Origin: a virus
Lineage: Duplodnaviria; Caudoviricetes
Length of the DNA: 33,893 nt
Virus record (IMG/VR): IMGVR_UViG_3300008255_000299
Span: 1-33,893 of that record
Reading direction: 5' to 3' (one strand)
Shown here: positions 8,538 to 17,848 of the stretch, piece after piece
Layout: each line of letters opens with the position of its first letter
How positions within the stretch are numbered: the first letter of the stretch is position 1
Notes under the pieces: model-generated
What the model was told of the DNA's origin: nothing
Seen by the model: the letters and a program-made list of their open reading frames with translations, nothing else
The model's database searches: none
Made by a program: the position numbers and the translations under genes

Positions 8538-8797
8538 CCAAAGCAAAGACACCCACCCCGACCCTCGCAGTCCTAGCTCACCGAGCGCGTGCTCGGAATG
8601 CCCTCCCCCGCCCCGTCCCTATGCAGACGATCCTGAAGCGAGCCGGCGTTTCCCCGCAATGGTGGAACCAGCTTTCGCGCGGCTTGAAGATCGAGCCCAA
8701 CCCGGAGCTGCTCGATAAACTTGCGGCTGCGCTGCAGGTGTCGCGCGCCTCACTCGACCGGTCCCTCGCGGAGACCAAGCGCAGGGGGGCACGATGA
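8534..8797 (+). CDS. XRE/Cro-like helix-turn-helix regulator
   Basis: ATGA overlap with the polA stop. MQTILKRAGVSPQWWNQLSRG...P..ELLDKLAAALQVS matches the XRE pattern. Confidence 0.82.
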   Translation: MTKAKTPTPTLAVLAHRARARNALPRPVPMQTILKRAGVSPQWWNQLSRGLKIEPNPELLDKLAAALQVSRASLDRSLAETKRRGAR

Positions 8798-8991
8798 GCG
8801 AAGAAGACCCCGAAAGCTGCATGAGCTGCAGGAGTTGCGCCGTCAACAACGAAGGCGCCCTCGAATGCCGTGGATCTTACCCGCGCGCCAGCTCCCACGG
8901 GCCCCGCTGGGCGGAGGTGCTCCCGACTGACTGGTGCCGCAAGTGGGAGTCTGACATCGGCCTAGACTCTGAGGAGGGCCCCAATGCTTGA
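8794..8991 (+). CDS. Small four-cysteine protein (CxxC...C...DWC)
   Basis: ATGA overlap. CMSCRS...LECR..P...W.EV.PTDWCRKW. Confidence 0.7.
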   Translation: MSEEDPESCMSCRSCAVNNEGALECRGSYPRASSHGPRWAEVLPTDWCRKWESDIGLDSEEGPNA

Positions 8992-9211
8992 TCTCGCCAG
9001 CCTGTTTTACCAGCCGAGCCGGCCGCCAGTGCCGGCACCAACTCGGGGTTGGGGCACCTGCCCCGCGCGCATGGGGTTCACCGGGCGGTTGATCTCTGTG
9101 CGCACCGACTCCGGGGGGCGGGAGGTCGAAGTGCTGCGGCCCCTTCGGTGGTTTAGGGGCCACCGAAGGGGCCGCTCCGGGCCGAAAGTTGTCCGGGCCG
9201 ATACTGACTAG
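8984..9211 (+). CDS. hypothetical protein
   Basis: GAGGAGG ribosome-binding site before the ATG; last ORF of the + strand operon. Confidence 0.55.
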   Translation: MLDLASLFYQPSRPPVPAPTRGWGTCPARMGFTGRLISVRTDSGGREVEVLRPLRWFRGHRRGRSGPKVVRADTD

Positions 9212-9310
9212 GCCTAGCCCGTCAGGGGCTCAGAAGCGCGCTCAGGCGGTTGGCCTAGGCAGCCCCGCTCGGTAGAACTGAGCCCCGAGCCGCGGATATG
9301 CCGCGCGCTT

Positions 9311-9351
9311 GAAACCCGCCCCCCTTGAGACACGGGGGCGGGTTTCTTTTT
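9311..9351 (+). terminator. Intrinsic terminator between the convergent arms
   Basis: Perfect 13-bp stem GAAACCCGCCCCC (9311-23) / GGGGGCGGGTTTC (9334-46), 10-nt loop, then TTTTT. May also act on the - strand. Confidence 0.9.
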
Positions 9352-12300
9352 ACCTGCCGACGAACAGCCCACGAGCCACCTCGCCGGCGCCGTCGCTGCC
9401 GTCCAGTTCCTCGAGGAACTTGACGCGCTTCCCGAACCCTTCGAGGGGGACGTGCAGCACCGCGCCGATCGCGGTCACCGCGTCGAGCAGCACCCCGCCG
9501 GGGGTCAGGGTGTCGTCGATCAGCTGGTGCGGGATCTCGGCCAGGCGCTCCATGAGCTTCAGGTAAGGAGGCGAGGGCATTCGGTTGTTCCAGGCCTCGT
9601 CATCGAAGAAGGCGCCGGCGAGACGCACGGTGTCACCCACGAGGGGCATCGCCCCGGTGAACAGGTCCAAGTGCGAACGCGCGATCAGCCCCGCCGAGTC
9701 GTCGAGGTAGCCATCGTTCTCTTCGTCGTCGAAGTCACCGCGCAGGCCTTCCGCGATCAGCGTGGCGATCACGCCCGGAAGGAAGACTGACGTGGCGTAG
9801 GTGCCCAGCAACGCGGCCACGCGGTCGACGCCTTCCTTGCGCAAGTCCAGCTTGGTCCGCGTCGCGGTGTAGTTGAACCAGTTGATAAACCAGCTCTTGA
9901 ACGGCGCGATCGCCTTCCACATGCCGCCGAGCCCCTCGAAGGATGAGATGTCCTCGGGCGCCCCTGCCATCTGCGTGCGCCTAATCAGCGAGTCAGCCTC
10001 GCGGATTGCCAGCGTCTCCGCTTGCTCTGCTGAGGCACCCTGCTGCAGCTGCTCGGCGAAGACTTGATCGTGGTGAGCCCACCATCCGATCACGTCCACC
10101 GTGTGCTGCGTCGCCGTTTGCGCGATGTAAGTGTTGCGGTTGAACCACCGGCCGGCGCGCTTGATGCGGCCGTCCCCGAGCAGGATCTCGTTCGTCTGCT
10201 GCGTGATCTCGAACACCTGCCGCTCCATGCGCGCCGCCATTTCAGGCGAGATCGCGGCGGCCTCATGGCCCATCTTGCGCGGGCCCCGCATGTAGCGCAT
10301 CGAAGCCCGGCTGATGTAGCCAGCCTTCGTCTCGCGCAGGATGGGGCCGAAGCCCGTGTAGTTCTGCAGCGCGTTCACGGTGTTGAGGAACATTGTGCCC
10401 ATCTGTGCGCCCCTCGCTAACCACGCGACGATCTTCGCCATGGTGGAGTCTGGCGGCGGGCCTAGCGTCTGCTCGGCCGACCGCTTGAGCCACGGTTGAA
10501 TGACCACCTGTACGAACTTGTGGCCGATGTCGCGGTTGATGATGTTCTGCACCTCGATGTTGCCAAGCACTAGGCTCACATCGCGCACCGCGGGGTGCAT
10601 GTGGATGAAGTTCAGCACCGATTCCACGTGGATAATCTGGTTGCCAATGTTGAAGTCGAGCTTGTGCGCCACGTTGGCCGAGCGTTCCTTCGTGAACCCG
10701 CGTTCGTAGACCGGCCAAGACGCGTAGGCGTCAGCGAGCCGATCCTGCTCGAACGTCGCGAGGCGGGCCACCTTCTTCGGGTTGCCGCGCGCCGGCACGT
10801 AGCCGCCTTGGAACTCGCCGAACTTCGTCAGGAAAGGCTCCGTCTTCATGGTCTTCATGTAGAAGCCATAAGCCGCGTAGTGCGCCTTCTGCACGCGCTC
10901 CATGTAGCTGCCGTTGCGGTCGTAGGCCGACTGCATCCATCGGAAGTCGGCCTCGGTGAGCACGCCTTCGTCCTGCATGCGATCGAGGAACTTCTGCACG
11001 TCACCCTCTTCCCACTCGTAGCCGGCGAGCAGCTTGTCTCGGTTGCTCACCCCGCGGCTATCGGACCCGTGGCTGTAGAAGTGCAGCGCCAAGCCGAGGA
11101 TCTCGCCCTTCGCCTTGACGCGGTTCCCAAACACGTAGCCCCCGAGTTCCGGGGCCACGATCTTCGTCCCCGTGCCGAGGTTGAGCCGGCGGATGCCTTG
11201 CTCGATCGAAGCAGCCTCGCGCCGCAGATCCATGCGCTTCGCGTTGCCGGCGTCCTTCACCCGCTGAAACAGCTTCGGAAAGATGCCGCCGATCTGGCGG
11301 AACAAGTGCTCGATGCGAACAAGGTGCGCGAAGTAGTCCTTGGTCGCGCCGATGGCGTCTTCGGTCTTGGTGATCTCGCCGCGTAGGCCACGCTCCTCGC
11401 GTTGCTCATACGCCACCGCCAGCGACGCCTTTGCTTCAGCCACCGCGTCCTCGCGCAGCACGCGCTTGCCATCCAACTGCAGCTGCCGGACCTTCGCGCT
11501 TTGGTGCCAAAGCCCTTTCGCGAGTTCAGCAAACTCACGAAACTCGTCAACCGTCAGCGCTTCGAACCTAGCCTCGGAGCCACCCGGTGGCTTGCCCGCC
11601 ATCATCTCCCGGGCGCGGTTGAGGCGGGGGGTCCACTCTTGCACCAGCTCCGGCGCGTAGCGGTTCACCAGGGCAAGATACTCGTCCGGGTTGGTGTCCT
11701 GCCTGCCGGCGTCTAGCGTCGCTAGCAACGAGCGCAGGATGTGCACCACGTTGATGTCCCGGGTGGGCGTCAACTTTTCGTCGCGCTTGAACGCCTTGCG
11801 CCATAGCGCGATTGCCTTCGTCTTCTCGGTGCGGAAGTTGGCGGCCACTTCGGCCATGGTTTCCGCCAGTAGCTCGCGTCGCTTAGCCGACTGCGCGGCT
11901 GCGTAGTCGCCCTTCTTCACTGCCGCCGCAGCCTCCTGGCGTGCACGTCGAGCTGCGAGCGCGAACTTGGACACCGACACGTCTCGGACATCCATGCTGC
12001 GCAAGCGTTGCGCGGCCACATTCTTCGCAGCCTTGCGCAGCATGCGTACCGGTTGCTCGCTCTTGAGCAGCAAGCGGAGTTCTTGCGCCACGATCTGGCG
12101 GCGCACTTTGTTGTGCAGCGCCTCCGCCACCTGCTCACGGATGAGCTTAGGGTCAGTGAGTTCCGGGTGCTCCGCCTTCATGCGGGCATCGGTGTCTCGC
12201 TTCACCACCGCGCCGAACTCCGGCTCGTCGATCAGAGCATCCACAAGCTGCTGCCCGCTCGGGTACCCAAACAACTCCGCCACTGTGTCGGGGTTCAACC

Positions 12301-15300
12301 CGGTGTTGGTGAGCGCGTTGAGCTTTTCTAGCTTTCGGATTCGGTTGGGGTCCATCCCCGTCACCACCGCGCCGCGGTTGAGTTTGTGCGACGTGTTCGC
12401 GCCCACCGTCGACACCACGGCGCCGGAATCGTCGAGGTGCTCCCCGTTCCGCAGCCACGAGCGCACTCGTTCTACCAGGGTTAGCCGGGTGGCGGCCTCC
12501 ACTTCCTTGCGGATCTCCCTCCGGCGAACCACGTGCTGCTGCTGCAACCGCTTCAGTTCGCCTTGGGTGGCCCCGCTAGCCAGCTCCATCGTCCTGAGAC
12601 GCTTGCGAGTTAGCTCGTCCACTGCGAGGTCTTCGGCCTTCTGGTGCTGCTCCAGCTGCTTGGCGTAATCCTCAGCGGTCCCGCCGGCAGCCACGAACTC
12701 CTCCTCGGTTTGGAACAGAGCCTCGAACTGCTGCGCCTCCACCAAGGATCGAACTTCGGCCTCGGTGGCCACCATGCGCCCAAAGACTTGGCGAACCTCA
12801 TCCGTGAGGGCGGGAAGGTCTTCACCGAATCGCCGCCTAAAGAGCGAGTTGAGCTTCTGCACCACATCGGTGTAGACGCCCACGATGAACGCCCGCAGCC
12901 GCGAGAACAGATCGCGCATTGGCTCGCTCGGGGCGACCCCCTCGTATAGCCAGCGCTCGAAGTTGAGCGCGAAAGCCTCGTGCGTCCGGCGCCGTGCCTC
13001 GGTGGACTTGAGGGCCCACAGCTCGGGCTTCTCGCCGGCCCAATCCAGCACCGTGTTGAGTTCGCGCGCAGCTGACGACTCTGGCCCCGTGGCTTGCGCG
13101 ATGCGCGTCAACTCTTCGAGGTAGTAGTGCGCCATCTCGTGAAACAGGGTCGAACTGTCCGACTTGCTGTTCATCAAGATCTGGTTGAGCCTAGGTACGA
13201 AGCCGCCTCGGCTGTTCTCGTCTCCGTCTTGGAACAGTGCGAGTCCGCCTTCCAGTTTCTGCAGCGCTTCATCGCTCAGTTCAAACCCGAGCTGCTCCAT
13301 GTAGCCTCGCTCCACCTCGAACCCTGTGATCGGGTTGCCCGTCGCCGCGGAGGCCTCTAGGCGTTCCAGCTCGGTCAAGGAATGCACCCGAGTGCCCCGG
13401 GGGGCGCCCCGCTCCTGCTTCACGTCGACCGTCCCACCGGCAGCGAGTTGCGCCACCGCCTGCTCGCGGGTCAGCTCCCCCCTAGAGTATTCGTTGACTG
13501 CGGAAACCTTCACCACCTCCATCTTGGTGCCAAGGCTCTTCAGCAGCGGCTTCGCGGTGCGCGGGATCACCCCTTCATAGAACGAGATCATGCCTTTGGC
13601 CCCGATCTCGAAGTCGGCAACTTCGATCGTGTGCGGCTTGTCCAACGCGAGCGCAGCTTCCGCCAGCTCCTTGCCAACGATGTCCGACAACTTCTTGCCT
13701 GTCATGGTGTGGCCATTCGGACCCTCCGCGGAGCGGACCCTGCCGCGGGAGTTCACCCAAAGTTGCAGCGTGCCTTTGTCGACGAGCGTGAGGCTGAAGA
13801 GTTTCACACCTCGGATCTTCTCGTTGCGCGGGTGGATGTTGGAGTGCTGCACGTAGCGGATCTCACTGAGCACCGTGCCCAACCCGTACAGCGCCGCGTT
13901 CTGTGTGCCTGTTGCGAAAGCCACGTGCTTGTAGCCCTGCTCAGCTGCGAGCAGCAGGATTCGCTTGAGGCCGAGAGTCACCCACGAAGTGGTATTGGCG
14001 CGGTCGCCCAGATCCACCACTTCGCCCTTCTTCGCCTTCTTGACGTAGGCCTCGGCTTCTGAGCGAGACCCGAACAGCTGAGGGCCCCCCGCCTTGTTGG
14101 TCACCTGCTCCCCGTCCACTGAAACGGCGAACATCCGGTTAGAGATGAGGGGGGCGGCTCGGTGGCGAATGTCTTCGCGCACGTCTAGCAGCTCGTCATC
14201 GAGCGCGCTGATGTCGTTCAGCAGTTCGTTTTGCTCGAACGCGGTGTTGGACCTTGCAAACGCGGACTCAAGCCGGGCCTTCTCAGCTTCGAGCATCCCC
14301 ACCTTGCGCGCGTAGTCCAGCCGCAGGCCTCGGCGGACTTCTAGGCTAACCAACTCCGCCATGTCGAGCTTGGATTCCAGCGCAGCCACATTGGCATCCT
14401 CGTCGAACTGTTGGCGCGCCTGCGTGATCTCCTCCTGCAAGATACCCACGTTGGCGGCCCGCTCGTCGTCGCCGACCAGGAACCCTTCCCGCGACTCTTG
14501 CGCCCAGTCGCTTTGCAGTTCCTCCACAAAAAACAGGGGCTGCCCGTCCGCGGTTAGCCGCCGACTGGTGCGGATGTGGAGCAAGCGGTTGAAATTGCGC
14601 TCGGCGGTGGCCATGCCGTGACCGCTCGACTGCGCGTCAAACATCACGTCGGCGGCGTCCAGCACAATGACGTGCTCCTCGTAATTGTCCTTCTGCCCCG
14701 GAGTGGTGTAGCTCGAAAAGGCCGTTTGGCGCGGCACGTCGGCGTCGGCGGCGTCGGCGTTTTCGCGCTCCGCTAGCAGCTCATCCACCCGCTCGTTGTG
14801 ATCGGTGTTCTCTACAACGTAGTACCCGTCTTCGAGGTAGTAGTCCTCTAGTGCCCGGTCCCGCGCTGCGATAGCCTCCGCCTCGGTGTCAAAGGTTTGG
14901 CGGTCTGAGGGGCTGTCGAGCACCCAAACATCCCTAGCCGCGTAGACCTCGGCCAAGCCCCCCTCCACCGACACATCGGTGGCACCGGTGGCCGCGATAG
15001 CCCTTTCGAGCACGGCAATGTAGTCCTCCAACAATTCGTCGAGGAACTGCCGCGCTGAATACTGTTCGTCGTAGAACGTGCCTTCCGCGGCGAGGTAGAG
15101 CACTGTTCGCCCGTAACTGCTTTGGCTCTCCACGATGTTGAGGCCGGCACCCCCGAGCGCAGCCTCGATCGCATCCCGGTCGGCCACGCCCGCCTTGATT
15201 ACCAAAGTAGGCCGCCATTCTGGAGTATCGTCGACCACCGAGCCCCCCGAGATGACATACTGCTCTTCACGAGCTTCGCGGTTGAGTCGGTTGAGGCGGG

Positions 15301-17848
15301 CGGCCTCCTCCCGCGCTTCGATCCTGGTGGGGTGGTGACTTGCGAGCCCCCCGTCGCTGAAGACGTCCCAACGGTAAACTAGGTCTTCGTCTCCCGGGGG
15401 AACGAGGACCGGCGCAAGGGGCATTCGCACTCTCACCGCCTTCTTCTCGAACTGAGCAACCACCGCAGTGCGCGAGACTTTGCCCGTCTGCAACTTCAGC
15501 CAATCGAGGATGCCCGATAGTTCCACCTCCTCCCGCTTCACTTTCCCCTTTGAGATGAGCGAGTTGATGTTGCCGCGCCAGGTGGCCGGAGGGAACGCCT
15601 TGTCAGGCATGTCGAGCAGCGCGTTTTGCACCGCGGAGAACAGCCGAAACTTGGAGGGGCCCGCCTCCTGCTGCACTGGTTGCCAGCCCCACTCAAGCAC
15701 GCTATCGCCTCTGGTGAACAAGTCCGAGGCCGCTACTTGGTGCTCCAGCACCACGTAGTCCCCGTTCAGCGCGGCGCCGCCGTGGTCTTCTGCGTAGCCC
15801 TTGACTGGGGTTACCCAATCGCCGGGCCGGACTGGGGAGCTGGCGAACTCGGAGGGCACCGCGCGATAGACGGTGACGAGTGCCCCGGGGTTGCCTCGCA
15901 TCTGGCGCAGGATGCCGAACATCTCCGCGTCGTGCTTGCCCTTGGTGCCGTAGTTCTGCGGCCCGTGAACGGTGTCGTAGACCGTTTGGTCGAAGGGGCC
16001 TTGGGTGAGGTCGTGCAGCGGGGTGCCTTCCTCGCGAGACGGGGGCCGGTCCGCGCTCCAGTAGTCTTCTTGGAACAGTGTTTCGGGCGCTGGGTTCTGG
16101 CCTTCCGCCATCCTGATCGAAAGAGCATTCTGCCGGCCGAGGAACTCTTGCAGAGTTACCCCCTCGTGCTTTGCCAGAGTCACCGCCATGTTGCGCACGA
16201 ACAGCGCAACGGCGCGCGCCTCCTCGGCGGGTCTGCCGACCTCCACCGCCTGGGCGTATGCGTCCCCGTAGACCTTGTCCAAGGTGGCGCGGTAAGCGTC
16301 GTCCGTTTCCGCTCGAGCTGCCGCCTCCGCCATCTGGGGCGCGAAGTCGGCTTCCAGCGGCATCAGCGCTTGCCGTTCGGAAGCGGTGTCGGCGTCTTGG
16401 TGGAATACCGCGTGAGGCATCAAAGCCCGGCCAAGCGCAGACGTGGCTAGCTTGGTCTGCCAGTCCCCAATCGGTAGCTCGACATCGGTGCCTTCTTCGG
16501 CGGCTTGCTTCGCCCTCTCCAAGATGCCGGGGAACGAGGTCTCTAGCTGCTCACTCACCCCCGCGGTGTTGGGGTCTTGCTCGAGCTTCTCGACCGCAGC
16601 GAGCAGCTTGTCCGGCCGGATGTAGACCTTCTTCATGTCCGGCGCGGCTGCGTCGTTGACGAAGGCGGCGCGGTCAGCGGGGGACCGTGTGCTCAGCTTC
16701 GAGTCGGCTTCGAGCTTCTCCAGTAACTGGTGGGCGACCACGGTTTGGTCCGCGTTGGCTGCTCGCCGGTACCCGTCCGTGATGCGCACCCCCATACCCG
16801 GCAACCCCACGAGGGCCATGCCTCGAGCCGTGTGAACGAAGGTGTCCCAAAGCTCGCCGGCCACGTCGACCTCGAACGCCCCCGACCGGTATTGCAGGTG
16901 CGCTTGGTACCGAGCTGCGATCGAGGCCGTCTGCTGCAGCACCTCAGTCACTGACTCAAAGCCCCCGTCGATGGCGTATTCCTTTACCGCGGACAACAGC
17001 AGCGCCTTCTTGGTCTCGACGGAGAGGCCCTTGTTGAACAGCGCCGGCAGCAGCTTCTTGCCGAAGGTCTTCGAGAACGCCGAGGTCACCCGGCCGGCGC
17101 CGACGAGATCGAGCGACGCCATCACCGCGCCCCAGCCATCCGCCAGCGGCGCCGCTTGGCCTGGCGTGTAGCCGGTGTTGATCAGCTCGTTGTAGAGCTC
17201 CCCCGAGGACATCGCGTAAGACACCGATGCAGCGCCTGCCAGTGCACCCGGCGGGCCAGCCACCGCGAAGCCCGCCAAGCCTCCTGTGACGGTCGCAGCG
17301 AGCGAAGTGACCACGTTCACCGCGTCGGCCCCCCAGTTGTCCCCGTCGCGCTCAGCAGCCACCTGCTGCTTTTCACGGCGAATCTGGCGCTGCGCTGGGG
17401 ATTCCACTGGGGCGTCACCGGTCAACCGGCCAATGCTCACCCCGATCGAACGCCGGAGACCTTCCACGCTGTTGTCAAACGCCCGGCCCAGCCAACCGAG
17501 GGTGCTCTCGGTCGATGTCAGGTTTCCGAGGTCGTCTCGGGCCATGGTGAGAAACTCGAAGTCCCCCGCCACTCGGGAGGCCAGCACCGGGAAGTCGCGG
17601 TCGAACGACGGCTCGGTGACTTGGCGCTGCATGGCAACAGTGCGCGCGTGGCTGACATCAGCCAGCACACTCGCCACCGGGCTGCCCAACCGTTCCGCCA
17701 GCCGGCGAGCTTCGCCGAGGTCTTCGGCGGATCGCTCGTCGCTCATGGCCGCAGCCACGCGCGCAGCCCGGTCAATTTGGGACTGCCGCAGCCTGTCCCC
17801 GAAGTTTGGAAGGGCTTCCCCTTCGGGGATCAAACTGAAGTCGGTCAT
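9350..17848 (-). CDS. Giant internal virion (ejection) protein, large polyvalent type, with ART-like domain, EELQSDW domain and HExxH zincin motif
   Basis: 2832 aa; last of three internal-protein genes after the nozzle. Gly/Ala-rich hydrophobic N-terminal segment; YRAVP..PGDWVT..YA..H..EWGW (aa ~661-722); VEELQSDWAQ (aa ~1108); TLFHEMAH..HEAFA..FE.W (aa ~1570). Confidence 0.88.
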   Translation of the reverse strand: MTDFSLIPEGEALPNFGDRLRQSQIDRAARVAAAMSDERSAEDLGEARRLAERLGSPVASVLADVSHARTVAMQRQVTEPSFDRDFPVLASRVAGDFEFLTMARDDLGNLTSTESTLGWLGRAFDNSVEGLRRSIGVSIGRLTGDAPVESPAQRQIRREKQQVAAERDGDNWGADAVNVVTSLAATVTGGLAGFAVAGPPGALAGAASVSYAMSSGELYNELINTGYTPGQAAPLADGWGAVMASLDLVGAGRVTSAFSKTFGKKLLPALFNKGLSVETKKALLLSAVKEYAIDGGFESVTEVLQQTASIAARYQAHLQYRSGAFEVDVAGELWDTFVHTARGMALVGLPGMGVRITDGYRRAANADQTVVAHQLLEKLEADSKLSTRSPADRAAFVNDAAAPDMKKVYIRPDKLLAAVEKLEQDPNTAGVSEQLETSFPGILERAKQAAEEGTDVELPIGDWQTKLATSALGRALMPHAVFHQDADTASERQALMPLEADFAPQMAEAAARAETDDAYRATLDKVYGDAYAQAVEVGRPAEEARAVALFVRNMAVTLAKHEGVTLQEFLGRQNALSIRMAEGQNPAPETLFQEDYWSADRPPSREEGTPLHDLTQGPFDQTVYDTVHGPQNYGTKGKHDAEMFGILRQMRGNPGALVTVYRAVPSEFASSPVRPGDWVTPVKGYAEDHGGAALNGDYVVLEHQVAASDLFTRGDSVLEWGWQPVQQEAGPSKFRLFSAVQNALLDMPDKAFPPATWRGNINSLISKGKVKREEVELSGILDWLKLQTGKVSRTAVVAQFEKKAVRVRMPLAPVLVPPGDEDLVYRWDVFSDGGLASHHPTRIEAREEAARLNRLNREAREEQYVISGGSVVDDTPEWRPTLVIKAGVADRDAIEAALGGAGLNIVESQSSYGRTVLYLAAEGTFYDEQYSARQFLDELLEDYIAVLERAIAATGATDVSVEGGLAEVYAARDVWVLDSPSDRQTFDTEAEAIAARDRALEDYYLEDGYYVVENTDHNERVDELLAERENADAADADVPRQTAFSSYTTPGQKDNYEEHVIVLDAADVMFDAQSSGHGMATAERNFNRLLHIRTSRRLTADGQPLFFVEELQSDWAQESREGFLVGDDERAANVGILQEEITQARQQFDEDANVAALESKLDMAELVSLEVRRGLRLDYARKVGMLEAEKARLESAFARSNTAFEQNELLNDISALDDELLDVREDIRHRAAPLISNRMFAVSVDGEQVTNKAGGPQLFGSRSEAEAYVKKAKKGEVVDLGDRANTTSWVTLGLKRILLLAAEQGYKHVAFATGTQNAALYGLGTVLSEIRYVQHSNIHPRNEKIRGVKLFSLTLVDKGTLQLWVNSRGRVRSAEGPNGHTMTGKKLSDIVGKELAEAALALDKPHTIEVADFEIGAKGMISFYEGVIPRTAKPLLKSLGTKMEVVKVSAVNEYSRGELTREQAVAQLAAGGTVDVKQERGAPRGTRVHSLTELERLEASAATGNPITGFEVERGYMEQLGFELSDEALQKLEGGLALFQDGDENSRGGFVPRLNQILMNSKSDSSTLFHEMAHYYLEELTRIAQATGPESSAARELNTVLDWAGEKPELWALKSTEARRRTHEAFALNFERWLYEGVAPSEPMRDLFSRLRAFIVGVYTDVVQKLNSLFRRRFGEDLPALTDEVRQVFGRMVATEAEVRSLVEAQQFEALFQTEEEFVAAGGTAEDYAKQLEQHQKAEDLAVDELTRKRLRTMELASGATQGELKRLQQQHVVRRREIRKEVEAATRLTLVERVRSWLRNGEHLDDSGAVVSTVGANTSHKLNRGAVVTGMDPNRIRKLEKLNALTNTGLNPDTVAELFGYPSGQQLVDALIDEPEFGAVVKRDTDARMKAEHPELTDPKLIREQVAEALHNKVRRQIVAQELRLLLKSEQPVRMLRKAAKNVAAQRLRSMDVRDVSVSKFALAARRARQEAAAAVKKGDYAAAQSAKRRELLAETMAEVAANFRTEKTKAIALWRKAFKRDEKLTPTRDINVVHILRSLLATLDAGRQDTNPDEYLALVNRYAPELVQEWTPRLNRAREMMAGKPPGGSEARFEALTVDEFREFAELAKGLWHQSAKVRQLQLDGKRVLREDAVAEAKASLAVAYEQREERGLRGEITKTEDAIGATKDYFAHLVRIEHLFRQIGGIFPKLFQRVKDAGNAKRMDLRREAASIEQGIRRLNLGTGTKIVAPELGGYVFGNRVKAKGEILGLALHFYSHGSDSRGVSNRDKLLAGYEWEEGDVQKFLDRMQDEGVLTEADFRWMQSAYDRNGSYMERVQKAHYAAYGFYMKTMKTEPFLTKFGEFQGGYVPARGNPKKVARLATFEQDRLADAYASWPVYERGFTKERSANVAHKLDFNIGNQIIHVESVLNFIHMHPAVRDVSLVLGNIEVQNIINRDIGHKFVQVVIQPWLKRSAEQTLGPPPDSTMAKIVAWLARGAQMGTMFLNTVNALQNYTGFGPILRETKAGYISRASMRYMRGPRKMGHEAAAISPEMAARMERQVFEITQQTNEILLGDGRIKRAGRWFNRNTYIAQTATQHTVDVIGWWAHHDQVFAEQLQQGASAEQAETLAIREADSLIRRTQMAGAPEDISSFEGLGGMWKAIAPFKSWFINWFNYTATRTKLDLRKEGVDRVAALLGTYATSVFLPGVIATLIAEGLRGDFDDEENDGYLDDSAGLIARSHLDLFTGAMPLVGDTVRLAGAFFDDEAWNNRMPSPPYLKLMERLAEIPHQLIDDTLTPGGVLLDAVTAIGAVLHVPLEGFGKRVKFLEELDGSDGAGEVARGLFVGR

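Noticed and set aside
9225-9290. tRNA gene (GCTCAGGCGGTT looks like a D-arm)
   Set aside because: No cloverleaf with a T-arm on either strand.
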